The notes: generated by a model not told the origin, from the sequence alone. Positions 7,189-20,608 are shown, numbered from the stretch's first letter. The stretch is 32,000 bases of DNA from an uncultured Alphaproteobacteria bacterium (GCA_944392215.1 CALXVX010000045.1:1-32000); one strand, 5' to 3'. Made by a program: numbers and translations.

Positions 7189-8097
7189 ATGGAAAAAATT
7201 AATGTCGACGGAATGCCTTTTGATATTTGCCAAATTAATCCGCACTTGAAAGTTGCCGCTTTCCCAGAAATAGCCCAAAAAATTAAAAAAGGCTATGGCA
7301 GAAACTTTTTATCAGTGATGGATGGTTATGCTTGTGAGCTGCTAAAATTGCCGTTGGCATACAAAACGCCGCCGATATTTTCTTTTGTGGTTTTGCCGCG
7401 GGGGGACGTTTTTAAGCAATTTAGCGGATGTCCCTTTTCTCATGGAATGGCGGCGGCAAAATTTGCAGTTGATGCCAATTATCCGATGCCGTTGGCGGTG
7501 GATGAGGTGTGGTTTGAGCGTGGGTTCCTTCCTGAAGAAAGTATAGAGCGAAAAGTCGGTCTTTGCCATGAACTTGCGCACACACTGCATAGCGCGTGGT
7601 TTGATAATAAAATGGTTTTGTGCGAGGGATTTGCCGAATTGTTGCCTCATTATCTGATGAACCTTGAAAGCCAGAACCTCAAGCATCGTCAAGCGATAGC
7701 CGCGTTTGCTCAAGATAAAATGCGAATGGTTGCTGATATTGAACAAAACGGAATGTTCTCGCCCGAGGACTTGAAGCAGCGAAATAAAAATACCCAAGAG
7801 AGAGAAGGCTACATGTCTGTTTATTTGTGGATGTTGGGGTATACAAAACGTGTGGAAAAACACTTTGGTCTTGATAAATTTGGGGCGGCCAACTTGATGT
7901 TATCTGAATTTGAAAAGTTAGGCAAGAATCCTAACACTTCGGTTTTTGAAGAAATAGCAAAGTTAATCAGTTTGTCTTCTGATGTTTTGACAAATACATG
8001 CCTATTGCAAAAGGAAGGGCAGGTGTATGTGATTAAATTTGATAAGTCTAAACAAGCCGCTTTGCCTAACTATAAAAAGACTGTTCTGGGTAGGTAA
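7189..8097 (+). CDS. HExxH zinc-metallopeptidase-like protein (peptidase MA / Peptidase_MA_2-like)
   Basis: Strong SD ggagga. Motif VGLCHELAHTLHSAWFDNKMVLCEGFAELLPHY is HExxH followed by an EGxAE glutamate motif, as in gluzincins. No signal peptide. Confidence 0.65.
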   Translation: MEKINVDGMPFDICQINPHLKVAAFPEIAQKIKKGYGRNFLSVMDGYACELLKLPLAYKTPPIFSFVVLPRGDVFKQFSGCPFSHGMAAAKFAVDANYPMPLAVDEVWFERGFLPEESIERKVGLCHELAHTLHSAWFDNKMVLCEGFAELLPHYLMNLESQNLKHRQAIAAFAQDKMRMVADIEQNGMFSPEDLKQRNKNTQEREGYMSVYLWMLGYTKRVEKHFGLDKFGAANLMLSEFEKLGKNPNTSVFEEIAKLISLSSDVLTNTCLLQKEGQVYVIKFDKSKQAALPNYKKTVLGR

Positions 8098-8106
8098 GAG
8101 TTATAA

Positions 8107-8144
8107 CAAAAACCCCTTTGCAATAAAATGCAAAGGGGGTTTTG
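8107..8144. terminator. bidirectional rho-independent terminator
   Basis: Perfect 10-bp stem cccctttgca (8113-8122) / tgcaaagggg (8129-8138), with an A-run before and a T-rich run after. Sits between convergent genes. Confidence 0.8.
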
Positions 8145-8705
8145 TTATTCTTTCAGCCAGTGCCAATATCTCTTGACACCTAAAAATAGTAGGTTTATTA
8201 GCCAGCTAAGAATCAGCAAAAGGATAATTAAAGCTAAAAAGGTAATAACCGCTGCCGCTGCCGCTAGGCCAACGGATTGCATAATGTTTTCGTTGTCGCA
8301 AATGCTGATTACCGCAAAAGTTATAAATATGAGTTCCGACAAGACAAAAGAGCTGATTATGATCGCTTTTATGGTGTCGGAAAAGCTTTCGCAACAAATA
8401 AGATTTGCTATCCGCTTATGCGTCTTTATCGGAACAACCACCATGTAGCCAATAAAAAACAGGATTAAACTACTCCAGATAAGGCGAAATGTATAATCGA
8501 TTGTTTGTGACAACGAGGCAGATGCACTCAGGGGCATTTTTTGATGGAAGAAGCATATTATCACAGCGATTACACAAAGTTGTATCAGGCATTTGAGAAA
8601 AATGCGCCAGCCTTTAGATGCAGGTTTCCTTTCTGCCAACCAGGCGAGGCTAATACCTCCGATTAATAGGCTCAGGCTAATTAAAATGTCTAAAATTTTT
8701 TCCAT
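8145..8705 (-). CDS. hypothetical integral membrane protein (about 5 TM helices)
   Basis: Five long hydrophobic segments. The ORF is open up to the TTG at 8768, but a TTGACA-17-TATAAA promoter on the minus strand (8768-8740) lies inside that extension. I therefore place the start at the ATG at 8705 (MEKILDIL...). The ATG at 8756 and the TTG at 8768 remain alternatives. Confidence 0.55.
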   Translation of the reverse strand: MEKILDILISLSLLIGGISLAWLAERKPASKGWRIFLKCLIQLCVIAVIICFFHQKMPLSASASLSQTIDYTFRLIWSSLILFFIGYMVVVPIKTHKRIANLICCESFSDTIKAIIISSFVLSELIFITFAVISICDNENIMQSVGLAAAAAVITFLALIILLLILSWLINLLFLGVKRYWHWLKE

Positions 8706-8739
8706 AGTTGTAAGTATTAATAATTGATTCGATGGTAAA

Positions 8740-8768
8740 TTTATAAAAAAATTCATCTCCTTTGTCAA
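8740..8768 (-). promoter_or_regulatory. putative promoter of the membrane-protein gene
   Basis: Read on the minus strand: TTGACA (8768-8763), 17-nt spacer, TATAAA (8745-8740). Divergent from the rpoB promoter. Confidence 0.4.
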
Positions 8769-8803
8769 GACGCGGAAAACTCGTTTTTGAAGCGAAAAAA
8801 TTG

Positions 8804-8832
8804 TTGCAAAATGAATCGCTTAGGTGTACAAG
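8804..8832 (+). promoter_or_regulatory. putative dedicated rpoB-rpoC promoter
   Basis: A-tract, then TTGCAAAATGAATC (8804-8817), identical to the rplK promoter core, and a weak -10 around gtgTACAAg (8824-8832). Confidence 0.4.
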
Positions 8833-9012
8833 AAAGCGAATTTTCGAAAATTATTCTTACGAATCGGCGCGATGATTGGGTGCAATGCCCGGGTAGCCGC
8901 CGGTTTTGCTTTCTTTCTTATTTTGTAACGTTACAGTATATAACCCTCTGCGCGCGGGATTCAGTTTTTTGATAGGATGGCCGCAGATTTTAACCAAAAA
9001 GGATGTTTTGCA

Positions 9013-12000
9013 ATGAAGGAATCTTATACGAGCAAAAGACGTGTAAGAAGAAACTTCGGCCGAATCGACGCTGTTGCCGATATGCCGAATCTGATTGAAG
9101 TTCAGACTGGTTCTTATAATAGTTTTATTCAAGCCAAAGGGGCTGAAAAATGCGAGTTTGGTTTGGAAGAAGTGTTCAAATCCATTTTCCCGATTAAAGA
9201 CTTTTCCGGAAACGGCGAGCTTGAGTTCGTAAGCTATGAGCTTGAAGAGCCCAAGTATGATGTTGATGAGTGTATCAAACGTGATATGACTTATGCCGCT
9301 CCGGTTAAAGCTACCTTGCGTTTGGTTGTTTGGGATACCGATGAGGCTACCGGTGCCAAGTCTATTCACGACATTAAAGAGCAAGATGTTTATATGGGAG
9401 ATATCCCGTTGATGACGGATAAAGGTACCTTTATCTTCAACGGAACAGAGCGCGTTGTCGTTTCGCAAATGCACCGTTCTCCTGGTGTGTTCTTTGACCA
9501 TGACAAAGGCAAAACCATGGCCAGCGGTAAGTATTTGTTTGCCGCCCGCGTTATTCCTTATCGCGGTTCTTGGCTTGATTTTGAGTTTGATGCCAAAGAT
9601 TTGGTTTATGCTCGTATTGACCGCCGCCGTAAGTTGCCGGTTACCTCTCTTTTGTATTCTCTCTATTCTAGGGAGACAGAAGACAAAATTGCTGCCTTGG
9701 CTAAGAAAGGCAAGAAAATTGATCCGGCCGAAATTAAAGGTATGGATAAGGAAGAAATTCTCAATTACTTCTATGATACCGATGATTATGTCGCCGATAA
9801 AAAGGCCTGGAAAGTTAAATTTGTGCCTGAGCGCATGAAGGGCGTTAAGTTCGACTTTGATTTGATTAATGCCGCCGATGGTAAAGTCGTTTTGGAGCAA
9901 GGTAAAAAACTTTCTCCGCGCGCCGCTCAGAAATTGGCCGATGAAGGTTTGGAGTTCTACAAGGTTACTCCGCAACAGATGATTGGCAAATTCTTGGCTA
10001 AGAATATCGTTGTTGCCAAGACGGGTGAGGTTTTGGCTGAGGCCGGCGATGAAATCACCGAGGAATTGCTCGAGAAGTTTGCCGCCAACAAAATTAACGA
10101 AATTAAGACCTTGTTTATTGACGGAATCAATGTCGGCCCGTATATCCGCAATACTCTGGCTGCTGACAAGAACAGCTGCCGCGAGGAGGCCTTGTTGGAT
10201 ATCTACCGTGTTATGCGCCCGGGTGATCCTCCAACCTATGAAACGGCCGACCAGCTCTTCCATGGATTGTTCTTTGACAAAGACCGCTATGATCTTTCAT
10301 CCGTTGGTCGTGTTAAGATGAATATTGCTTTGGATATTCCGTTTGAAAAGGCTCCGGATACTTATGGTATCTTGCGCAAAGACGATATTCTCCGCATTGT
10401 TAAGAGACTTTGCGAATTGCGTGACGGAAAAGGCGAGGTTGATGATATTGACCACTTGGGTAACCGTCGTGTTCGCTCGGTTGGTGAGTTGATGGAAAAC
10501 CAATATCGCATGGGCTTGTTGCGCATGGAGCGCGCTATCCGTGAGCGTATGAGCTCTGAGAACCTCAATAATGTTAAACCGCAAGATTTGGTTAATGCTA
10601 AGCCGATTGCTTCGGTTATCCGCGAGTTCTTCGGTTCTTCTCAGTTGTCTCAGTTTATGGACCAGAACAACCCGTTGTCTGAGATTACGCACAAGCGTCG
10701 TTTGTCTGCTTTGGGCCCCGGCGGTTTGTCTCGTGACCGTGCCGGATTTGAAGTCCGTGACGTACATCCGACGCACTATGGCCGTATCTGCCCGATTGAA
10801 ACTCCTGAAGGTCCAAACATCGGTTTGATTAACTCTTTGGCATGCTATGCACGTATCAACAAATACGGTTTTATTGAATGTCCGTATCGTAAGGTTGTAA
10901 ACGGCGTGGTTACCAAAGATGTGGTTTATCTTTCCGCCAATGAGGAAGGCAAATTCAGAATTGCCGAGGCTAACGCAAAGGTTAAGGATGACGGCCATTT
11001 TGAAGAAGATCTTATTGCCTGCCGCAAGGCCGGTGAGTTTGAGTTTGCTCATCCGCGCGAGATTGACTTTATCGACGTTTCTCCGAAACAGTTGGTATCT
11101 GTTGCGACCGCTTTGATTCCGTTCTTGGAAAACGATGACGCAAACCGTGCTTTGATGGGTGCTAACATGCAACGCCAGGGCGTGCCCTTGCTGCGTTCTG
11201 AGGCTCCGTTGGTCGGTACCGGTGTTGAGGGCGTGGTTGCCAAAGATTCCGGCGCAACCGTTGTTTGCAAAGCCGATGGTATTGTTGATGCTGTTGATGC
11301 CAACCGTATCGTGGTTCGTTCTAAGGACGAGCATGCCGCTGATGCAGGTGTTGAAATCTACCGCTTGTCTAAATTCCGTCGTTCTAACCAGAATACCTGC
11401 ATTAACCAAGTTCCGTTGGTTAAGGTCGGTGATGAAGTTCATGCCGGTGATATTATGGCTGACGGACAATGCACCGATATGGGTGAGTTGGCTTTGGGTA
11501 AGAACGTTTTGGTAGCTTTCATGCCTTGGAACGGTTTGAACTACGAGGATGCTATTTTGTTGTCTGAGAGAATCTCTCGCGATGATGTCTTCACCTCTTT
11601 GCACATTGAGGAATTTGAGGTTATGGCGCGTGATACCAAACTCGGACAGGAAGAAATTACTCGTGATATTCCAAACGTTGGTGAAGATGCTTTGCGCAAC
11701 CTTGATGAAGCCGGTATCGTTTATATTGGCGCTGAGGTAAAGGCCGGTGACATCTTGGTTGGTAAGGTTACACCGAAAGGTGAATCTCCGGTTACTCCTG
11801 AAGAGAAATTGTTGCGTGCCATCTTTGGTGAAAAAGCCTCTGATGTCAGAGACACATCTTTGCGTGTTCAGCCCGGTATTGAAGGTATTGTGGTTGATGT
11901 TCACGTATTTTCTCGCCGCGGTGTTGAGAAAGATGAGCGTGCTCTCTCTATTGAGCAGCAAGAGATTTCTCAGCTGGCAAAAGACCGTGATGACGAAATT

Positions 12001-13188
12001 GCCATTATCCGTCGTAACGTTGAGGATCGTTTGAAGTCTATGTTGCTGGGGCAGAAAGTTGTTGATGCTTCCAAAGGCAGCATTGCTAAAAACGCCGAAG
12101 TTACTGAAGAAAAATTGGCTGAAATTCCGTCTTCTCAGTGGCGCAAAATCGTTGTTAAAGATGAGGCTGTTATGGCCAATATTGAGGAACTCCTCAATGC
12201 CTATGACAACCGTGTGGAAAAAATCCAGAAGCACTTTGACGACAAGGTTGAGAAAGTTCAACGCGGCGATGATTTGTTGCCGGGTGTCTTGAAGATGGTT
12301 AAAGTCTTTATTGCTACCAAGCGTAAAATTCAATCCGGTGATAAAATTGCCGGACGTCACGGTAACAAAGGTACAATTTCCCGCGTATTGCCTCTGCAGG
12401 ATATGCCTTATATGGAAGATGGTACGCCGGTTGATATCGTGCTCAACCCTCTGGGTGTGCCTTCTCGTATGAACGTGGGACAAATTTTGGAAACGCACCT
12501 TGGATGGGCGGCTCAAAAACTGGGACAACAGCTCAACGAGTTGTTGGAACAATATAAAGCCGGCCAGGCAACCGAGAAAGATTTGCGTGCCAAACTCAAA
12601 GATGTTTATGGTGAAAAACAATATAAGCGCGAAATTGCCGATATGAGCATGAAAGATTTGGAATTGATGATTCCGAACTTGAAGCGCGGTGTGCCGATGG
12701 CTACTCCGGTATTTGACGGTGCCACCGGTGATGATATCAACGAAATGCTGACAAAAGCCGGCTTGCCGACATCTGGTCAGATTGACCTCTATGACGGGCG
12801 TACCGGTGAGAAGTTTGACCGCAAAGTTACGGTTGGTATCATCTACATGATCAAACTGCACCACATCGTTGATGAAAAGATGCACGCTCGTTCTGTCGGT
12901 CCGTACTCTTTGGTTACTCAACAACCTCTGGGCGGTAAGGCTCAGTTCGGTGGTCAACGTTTCGGTGAGATGGAGGTTTGGGCTTTGCAGGCTTATGGTG
13001 CTGCCTATACCTTGCAAGAAATGCTCACTGTTAAATCCGATGATGTTAACGGACGTACCAAGGTTTATGAAGCTATTGTCCGCGGTGAGGATAGCTTTGA
13101 GGCCGGTATTCCTGAATCCTTCAATGTTTTGGTCAAAGAAATTAAATCTTTGTGCCTCAATGTTGAGTTGTTGAACGAAGAAGTTTAA
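9013..13188 (+). CDS. rpoB: DNA-directed RNA polymerase subunit beta
   Basis: All conserved blocks are present, including [75 protein letters not shown] and [13 protein letters not shown]. The ATG at 9013 ([16 protein letters not shown]) has SD aaagga 9 nt upstream and matches usual N-terminal length. The ORF is also open from the ATG at 8977. Confidence 0.97.
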   Translation: MKESYTSKRRVRRNFGRIDAVADMPNLIEVQTGSYNSFIQAKGAEKCEFGLEEVFKSIFPIKDFSGNGELEFVSYELEEPKYDVDECIKRDMTYAAPVKATLRLVVWDTDEATGAKSIHDIKEQDVYMGDIPLMTDKGTFIFNGTERVVVSQMHRSPGVFFDHDKGKTMASGKYLFAARVIPYRGSWLDFEFDAKDLVYARIDRRRKLPVTSLLYSLYSRETEDKIAALAKKGKKIDPAEIKGMDKEEILNYFYDTDDYVADKKAWKVKFVPERMKGVKFDFDLINAADGKVVLEQGKKLSPRAAQKLADEGLEFYKVTPQQMIGKFLAKNIVVAKTGEVLAEAGDEITEELLEKFAANKINEIKTLFIDGINVGPYIRNTLAADKNSCREEALLDIYRVMRPGDPPTYETADQLFHGLFFDKDRYDLSSVGRVKMNIALDIPFEKAPDTYGILRKDDILRIVKRLCELRDGKGEVDDIDHLGNRRVRSVGELMENQYRMGLLRMERAIRERMSSENLNNVKPQDLVNAKPIASVIREFFGSSQLSQFMDQNNPLSEITHKRRLSALGPGGLSRDRAGFEVRDVHPTHYGRICPIETPEGPNIGLINSLACYARINKYGFIECPYRKVVNGVVTKDVVYLSANEEGKFRIAEANAKVKDDGHFEEDLIACRKAGEFEFAHPREIDFIDVSPKQLVSVATALIPFLENDDANRALMGANMQRQGVPLLRSEAPLVGTGVEGVVAKDSGATVVCKADGIVDAVDANRIVVRSKDEHAADAGVEIYRLSKFRRSNQNTCINQVPLVKVGDEVHAGDIMADGQCTDMGELALGKNVLVAFMPWNGLNYEDAILLSERISRDDVFTSLHIEEFEVMARDTKLGQEEITRDIPNVGEDALRNLDEAGIVYIGAEVKAGDILVGKVTPKGESPVTPEEKLLRAIFGEKASDVRDTSLRVQPGIEGIVVDVHVFSRRGVEKDERALSIEQQEISQLAKDRDDEIAIIRRNVEDRLKSMLLGQKVVDASKGSIAKNAEVTEEKLAEIPSSQWRKIVVKDEAVMANIEELLNAYDNRVEKIQKHFDDKVEKVQRGDDLLPGVLKMVKVFIATKRKIQSGDKIAGRHGNKGTISRVLPLQDMPYMEDGTPVDIVLNPLGVPSRMNVGQILETHLGWAAQKLGQQLNELLEQYKAGQATEKDLRAKLKDVYGEKQYKREIADMSMKDLELMIPNLKRGVPMATPVFDGATGDDINEMLTKAGLPTSGQIDLYDGRTGEKFDRKVTVGIIYMIKLHHIVDEKMHARSVGPYSLVTQQPLGGKAQFGGQRFGEMEVWALQAYGAAYTLQEMLTVKSDDVNGRTKVYEAIVRGEDSFEAGIPESFNVLVKEIKSLCLNVELLNEEV

Positions 13189-13205
13189 GGCAGAGGAGTT
13201 TTTAG

Positions 13206-17354
<4,149 letters not shown>

Positions 17355-17379
17355 GCTAAAGTAGCTTTGTTAAGTCTTA

Positions 17380-17412
17380 AAAAACCTCCCGAGGAATCGG
17401 GAGGTTTTTTTG
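17380..17412 (+). terminator. rho-independent terminator after rpoC
   Basis: Stem cctcccga (17385-17392) / tcgggagg (17397-17404), loop ggaa, T7 run. Confidence 0.8.
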
Positions 17413-17441
17413 TTGCTTTTTGTCTAATAAATGTTTATAAT
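17413..17441 (+). promoter_or_regulatory. putative promoter of the small-protein cluster
   Basis: TTGCTT (17413-17418), 17-nt spacer, consensus TATAAT (17436-17441). Confidence 0.45.
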
Positions 17442-17491
17442 CGGCACATCAAAGAAAATTATGATGTCTAACAATTTTTAAAGTATTATAT

Positions 17492-17608
17492 ATGGAAACA
17501 CTCATTACCATTTTAGTAATTTTAGTCGTCATATTTTTTCTGGCGACTTGCACTCTGGCCGGCATTGTCTGGAAACAGGCCGAGAAAATCAATGAAATGA
17601 AAAAATAA
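17492..17608 (+). CDS. small single-pass membrane protein P1 (38 aa; below the ORF-track cutoff)
   Basis: My own translation: METLITILVILVVIFFLATCTLAGIVWKQAEKINEMKK*. Same ME- plus TM plus K-rich layout as the three ORFs downstream. No SD. Confidence 0.35.
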   Translation: METLITILVILVVIFFLATCTLAGIVWKQAEKINEMKK

Positions 17609-17633
17609 TGTCTAATCTTTAAATCTAAATTTT

Positions 17634-17855
17634 ATGATGACGATAGGAAATATGGTAATCGTGGCTATCATTTTGTTTGTGGTTCAGATAGTTGTTTTGT
17701 TGATTCTTGTTAGTCTTGTAAGAGCTAAGAAAATTTCGATGCTTCAACAAGAAAAGAAACGTTTGGAACAGCTGTTAAAAGACATAGAAGAACACCGGAG
17801 CTCTTTTGAAGCTCAAACAAATAAGGGGCGTGCGGATAATGGCGACCTACTCTAG
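17634..17855 (+). CDS. small N-terminally anchored protein P2 (73 aa; TM plus coiled-coil-like tail)
   Basis: MMTIGNMVIVAIILFVVQIVVLLILVSLV, then RAKKISMLQQEKKRLEQLLKDIEEH. Followed by a terminator. No SD. Confidence 0.45.
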   Translation: MMTIGNMVIVAIILFVVQIVVLLILVSLVRAKKISMLQQEKKRLEQLLKDIEEHRSSFEAQTNKGRADNGDLL

Positions 17856-17867
17856 TTTTCTTCGAAG

Positions 17868-17900
17868 AAAAAAACTCCCGAATTTTTCGGGAGTTTTTTC
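17868..17900 (+). terminator. rho-independent terminator
   Basis: Stem ctcccgaa (17875-17882) / ttcgggag (17886-17893) plus a T-run. The stem sequence is nearly the same as in the rpoC terminator. Confidence 0.75.
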
Positions 17901-18005
17901 TTGGGGAAAACAATGTAATAACTTGATTCTTTGCTCTTATATAGGCTAAAATTTGAGTACATTCTTATTACGAAGATTATAATTCTAACCTAAAACTTAT
18001 AGCCT

Positions 18006-18317
18006 ATGGAAATTATTACTAAGCTCGTGGTGATTTTCTTTGGAGGATTGATTGTCCTTTTGTTGGGATGTTTGGGCATTCTGTTGTATGCCAAACGCAG
18101 AGAACGAAAGAAACAATTACAAAAAAGAAGAGAAATTGCCCGGTTTGAGCGGAGACTTCGCAAGATGTCTGACATTGATTTGAAATTGTGGCTGGTCGGT
18201 TTGCGCAGAGGCCTCTATTCTAAAGAATATCATTCTTTGGAAATGCGGCAAGTGATTAGAGCAGAGATGAGACGGCGTGGTTTTAAGGAATCTTTTTTCC
18301 GTTCTGTTAAAACTTAA
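18006..18317 (+). CDS. small N-terminally anchored basic protein P3 (103 aa)
   Basis: MEIITKLVVIFFGGLIVLLLGCLGILLY, then AKRRERKKQLQKRREIARFERRLRKMSD... Paralog-like to P4. Confidence 0.5.
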   Translation: MEIITKLVVIFFGGLIVLLLGCLGILLYAKRRERKKQLQKRREIARFERRLRKMSDIDLKLWLVGLRRGLYSKEYHSLEMRQVIRAEMRRRGFKESFFRSVKT

Positions 18318-18323
18318 TTCTTT

Positions 18324-18656
18324 ATGGAAAATTTTATTTTTTTATGGGGAATTGTAGCCGTCATTTTGGTCGGTGGTTGTTGGTGTTTTCGTTTTTATTG
18401 GCGAAAGCATCGCAGGGAAGAAAAAAAACGGCAAAAGTTGCTCGAAGAATTGGCCCCTTGGCATGATGCCCTGCTTCGGATGGATGATGAGCAATTTGAA
18501 AAGGAGTTTAAAAAAATTAGCAGATTGTCTGTTGAGACTAATAAAATCGCTAAAAAACTTCAACTTCAATTAGATTTGATATGTGAGGAAGATTTGCGAC
18601 GACGGATGTCAAAACGTCAGAGTTCTCATCGTTTGACAAGTAGTCATTTTTTTTAG
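18324..18656 (+). CDS. small N-terminally anchored basic protein P4 (110 aa)
   Basis: MENFIFLWGIVAVILVGGCWCFRFY, then WRKHRREEKKRQKLLEEL...LLRMDD... Starts 6 nt after the P3 stop. Confidence 0.5.
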   Translation: MENFIFLWGIVAVILVGGCWCFRFYWRKHRREEKKRQKLLEELAPWHDALLRMDDEQFEKEFKKISRLSVETNKIAKKLQLQLDLICEEDLRRRMSKRQSSHRLTSSHFF

Positions 18657-18669
18657 ACTAATGCTTCTA

Positions 18670-18704
18670 AAAGGTTTCGAGTCTTTCTCGAGACCTTTTT
18701 TTTG
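18670..18704 (+). terminator. rho-independent terminator
   Basis: Stem ggtttcgag (18673-18681) / ctcgagacc (18687-18695) with one G-U pair, followed by a T8 run. Confidence 0.7.
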
Positions 18705-18802
18705 AGGAAATTAATGATAAAATTATTGCAACTGTGCCGTGAAAACTTTGCTTGAATTATTTTGCAATGTATTTATTATTTTTCTTGTTAAGGAAATAGG
18801 AT

Positions 18803-20608
18803 ATGTTTGATATTCAAAAGGGCTTAGAAAATCTTCTTCGGCATATAAAAATTGCTCCGGAAAAACCAGGCGTCTACCGCATGATTAGCGAGTATGATGA
18901 GGTTTTGTACGTCGGCAAGGCCAAAAACATAAAAAAAAGAATTGTGGCTTATTCTCATATTAATAAACTTCCCGTTCGGTTGCAGCAAATGGTGGCGCAA
19001 ATCGAGCGGATGGAGTTTATTATTGTGGAGAACGAGGCCAGAGCCTTGCTGGTTGAAAATGAGCTGATTAAGAAATTTAAGCCTCGCTATAATATCCTTC
19101 TCAAAGACGACAAGACCTTTCCTCACTTGATGATTGATGTGGAATCGGAATTTCCTTCTTTACGAAAATATCGTGGCTCCAGGCGTGATAAAAATAAGTA
19201 TTTTGGTCCGTTTGCCAGCGTGTTGGCGGTTAACAGCGTGGTAGATATTTTGCAAAAAGTATTTTTGCTTCGTTCTTGTCGGGATAATGTTTTTAAAAAC
19301 CGTCAACGCCCATGTCTGATGTATCAGATAAAACGTTGTTCGGCGCCTTGTGTCGGTAAAATCTCTGCTGCAGATTATCGGGTTTTGGTGAATGAGGCTA
19401 TAGAATTTTTGGAGGGGCGCAACAGCAAAATTCAGGAGGCGCTCTCCCAGAAAATGCAAGAGGCCAGTGCTCGTGAAGATTATGAGACTGCCCTGGTTTT
19501 ACGAGACCGCATCAGGGCTTTAACGACCATTCAATCAAGACAAAATGTTGAGTATGCTGGCATTAAGTCTGCCGATGTTATCAGTTTGGTTAGGGATAAG
19601 GGGCTGGTTTGTATTCAAATATTTTTTATCCGCTCTGGGCAAAATTGCGGCAATACTCCTTATTTTCCGACTCAGACAGACGGTGCTGAAGATAGAGAAA
19701 TCCTGGAAGCCTTTTTGAGCAGCTTTTATACCAATCACATTCCTCCCAAAGAGGTCATTTTAGCTGAGGAACTTGAAAACAAGACTTTTTTGGAAGAAGC
19801 CTTAAATGTCAAAATCAACACATACAAAAAAGGTAACAAGGCCGCATTAGTCAAAATGGCAACCGAGAACGCTAAAGCTTCAATTGCCAGGAAAATTGCT
19901 CTTGAAGCTAGTGTTAAGAGTAATTTGGAGGCGTTTAGAGATGTATTTGGATTGCCGCGTATTCCTCAAAGAATAGAAATTTATGACAATTCCCACAACC
20001 AAGGAAGTTTTGCCATCGGCGCAATGGTGGTGGCAACGCCTGAGGGCTTTGATAAAAAAAGTTATCGTACTTTCAATATTAAATACACGGCAGAAACAAG
20101 AGACGACTTTGCCATGATGCAAGAGGTGCTGAGGCGCCGTTTTGCCAGAATGACAGATGAAAACAAGCCTGATGTGATTTTGCTCGACGGCGGACGAGGG
20201 CAACTTAATGCCGTCTATGAGTGTTTGAAAGATTTTGATTTGAGCGGTATCACTATTATCGCCATATCCAAAGGGCCGGAAAGAAATGCCGGTAAGGAGT
20301 TTTACCATATGAAGGGAAAGGAAAGTTTTGCCCTTGAATTCCAGTCTCCGCTTGCATTTTATATGCAAAATTTGCGAGATGAGGCTCACCGTTTTGCTAT
20401 CGGAACGCATCGTCAGCACCGGGCAAAGTCAATTTATAAATCAAGAGTGGATGAGATTGAGGGAATCGGAGCTAAACGCAAGCGTGATTTGCTTAGCTTT
20501 TTCGGCTCGGCAGAAGAAGTGGCCGAGGCCAGCATAAAAGATTTGCAAAAAGTGAGCGGAATCAGTAAAAAAACGGCGGAAAAAATTTATAAGTACTTCC
20601 ATAATTAG
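18803..20608 (+). CDS. uvrC: excinuclease ABC subunit C
   Basis: GIY-YIG N-terminus (PGVYRMISEYDEVLYVGKAKNIKKRI...YNILLKDDKTFP), RNase H-like endonuclease block (IEIYDNSHNQGSFAIGAMVV, DDFAMMQEVLRRRF, LLDGGRGQLN) and a C-terminal (HhH)2. Confidence 0.95.
   Translation: MFDIQKGLENLLRHIKIAPEKPGVYRMISEYDEVLYVGKAKNIKKRIVAYSHINKLPVRLQQMVAQIERMEFIIVENEARALLVENELIKKFKPRYNILLKDDKTFPHLMIDVESEFPSLRKYRGSRRDKNKYFGPFASVLAVNSVVDILQKVFLLRSCRDNVFKNRQRPCLMYQIKRCSAPCVGKISAADYRVLVNEAIEFLEGRNSKIQEALSQKMQEASAREDYETALVLRDRIRALTTIQSRQNVEYAGIKSADVISLVRDKGLVCIQIFFIRSGQNCGNTPYFPTQTDGAEDREILEAFLSSFYTNHIPPKEVILAEELENKTFLEEALNVKINTYKKGNKAALVKMATENAKASIARKIALEASVKSNLEAFRDVFGLPRIPQRIEIYDNSHNQGSFAIGAMVVATPEGFDKKSYRTFNIKYTAETRDDFAMMQEVLRRRFARMTDENKPDVILLDGGRGQLNAVYECLKDFDLSGITIIAISKGPERNAGKEFYHMKGKESFALEFQSPLAFYMQNLRDEAHRFAIGTHRQHRAKSIYKSRVDEIEGIGAKRKRDLLSFFGSAEEVAEASIKDLQKVSGISKKTAEKIYKYFHN

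Noticed and set aside
8977-9012. Upstream start extensions offered by the ORF track: rpoB 8977, envZ 21901, obg 27327, nuclease 26054, orphan 1610, rplA 3594, rplK 3161.
   Set aside because: In each case an internal ATG or GTG with a properly spaced SD reproduces the canonical N-terminus or signal peptide. The extensions overlap upstream genes, promoters or terminators.
10297-13017. 906-aa ORF antisense to rpoB, with similar long antisense ORFs at 8857-10263, 13782-14468, 14478-15383 and 15939-17003 opposite rpoB/rpoC.
   Set aside because: The 10297-13017 ORF lies in the codon-aligned reverse frame. I checked this one and the envZ case, and I assume the same for the others. That frame stays open whenever the sense gene avoids TTA, CTA and TCA codons. 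rpoB here uses TTG/CTT/CTC/CTG for Leu and TCT/TCC/AGC for Ser throughout. The predicted antisense proteins are low-complexity (N/R/I/F/T-rich) with no motifs. This is a shadow-ORF artefact of codon bias, not a gene.
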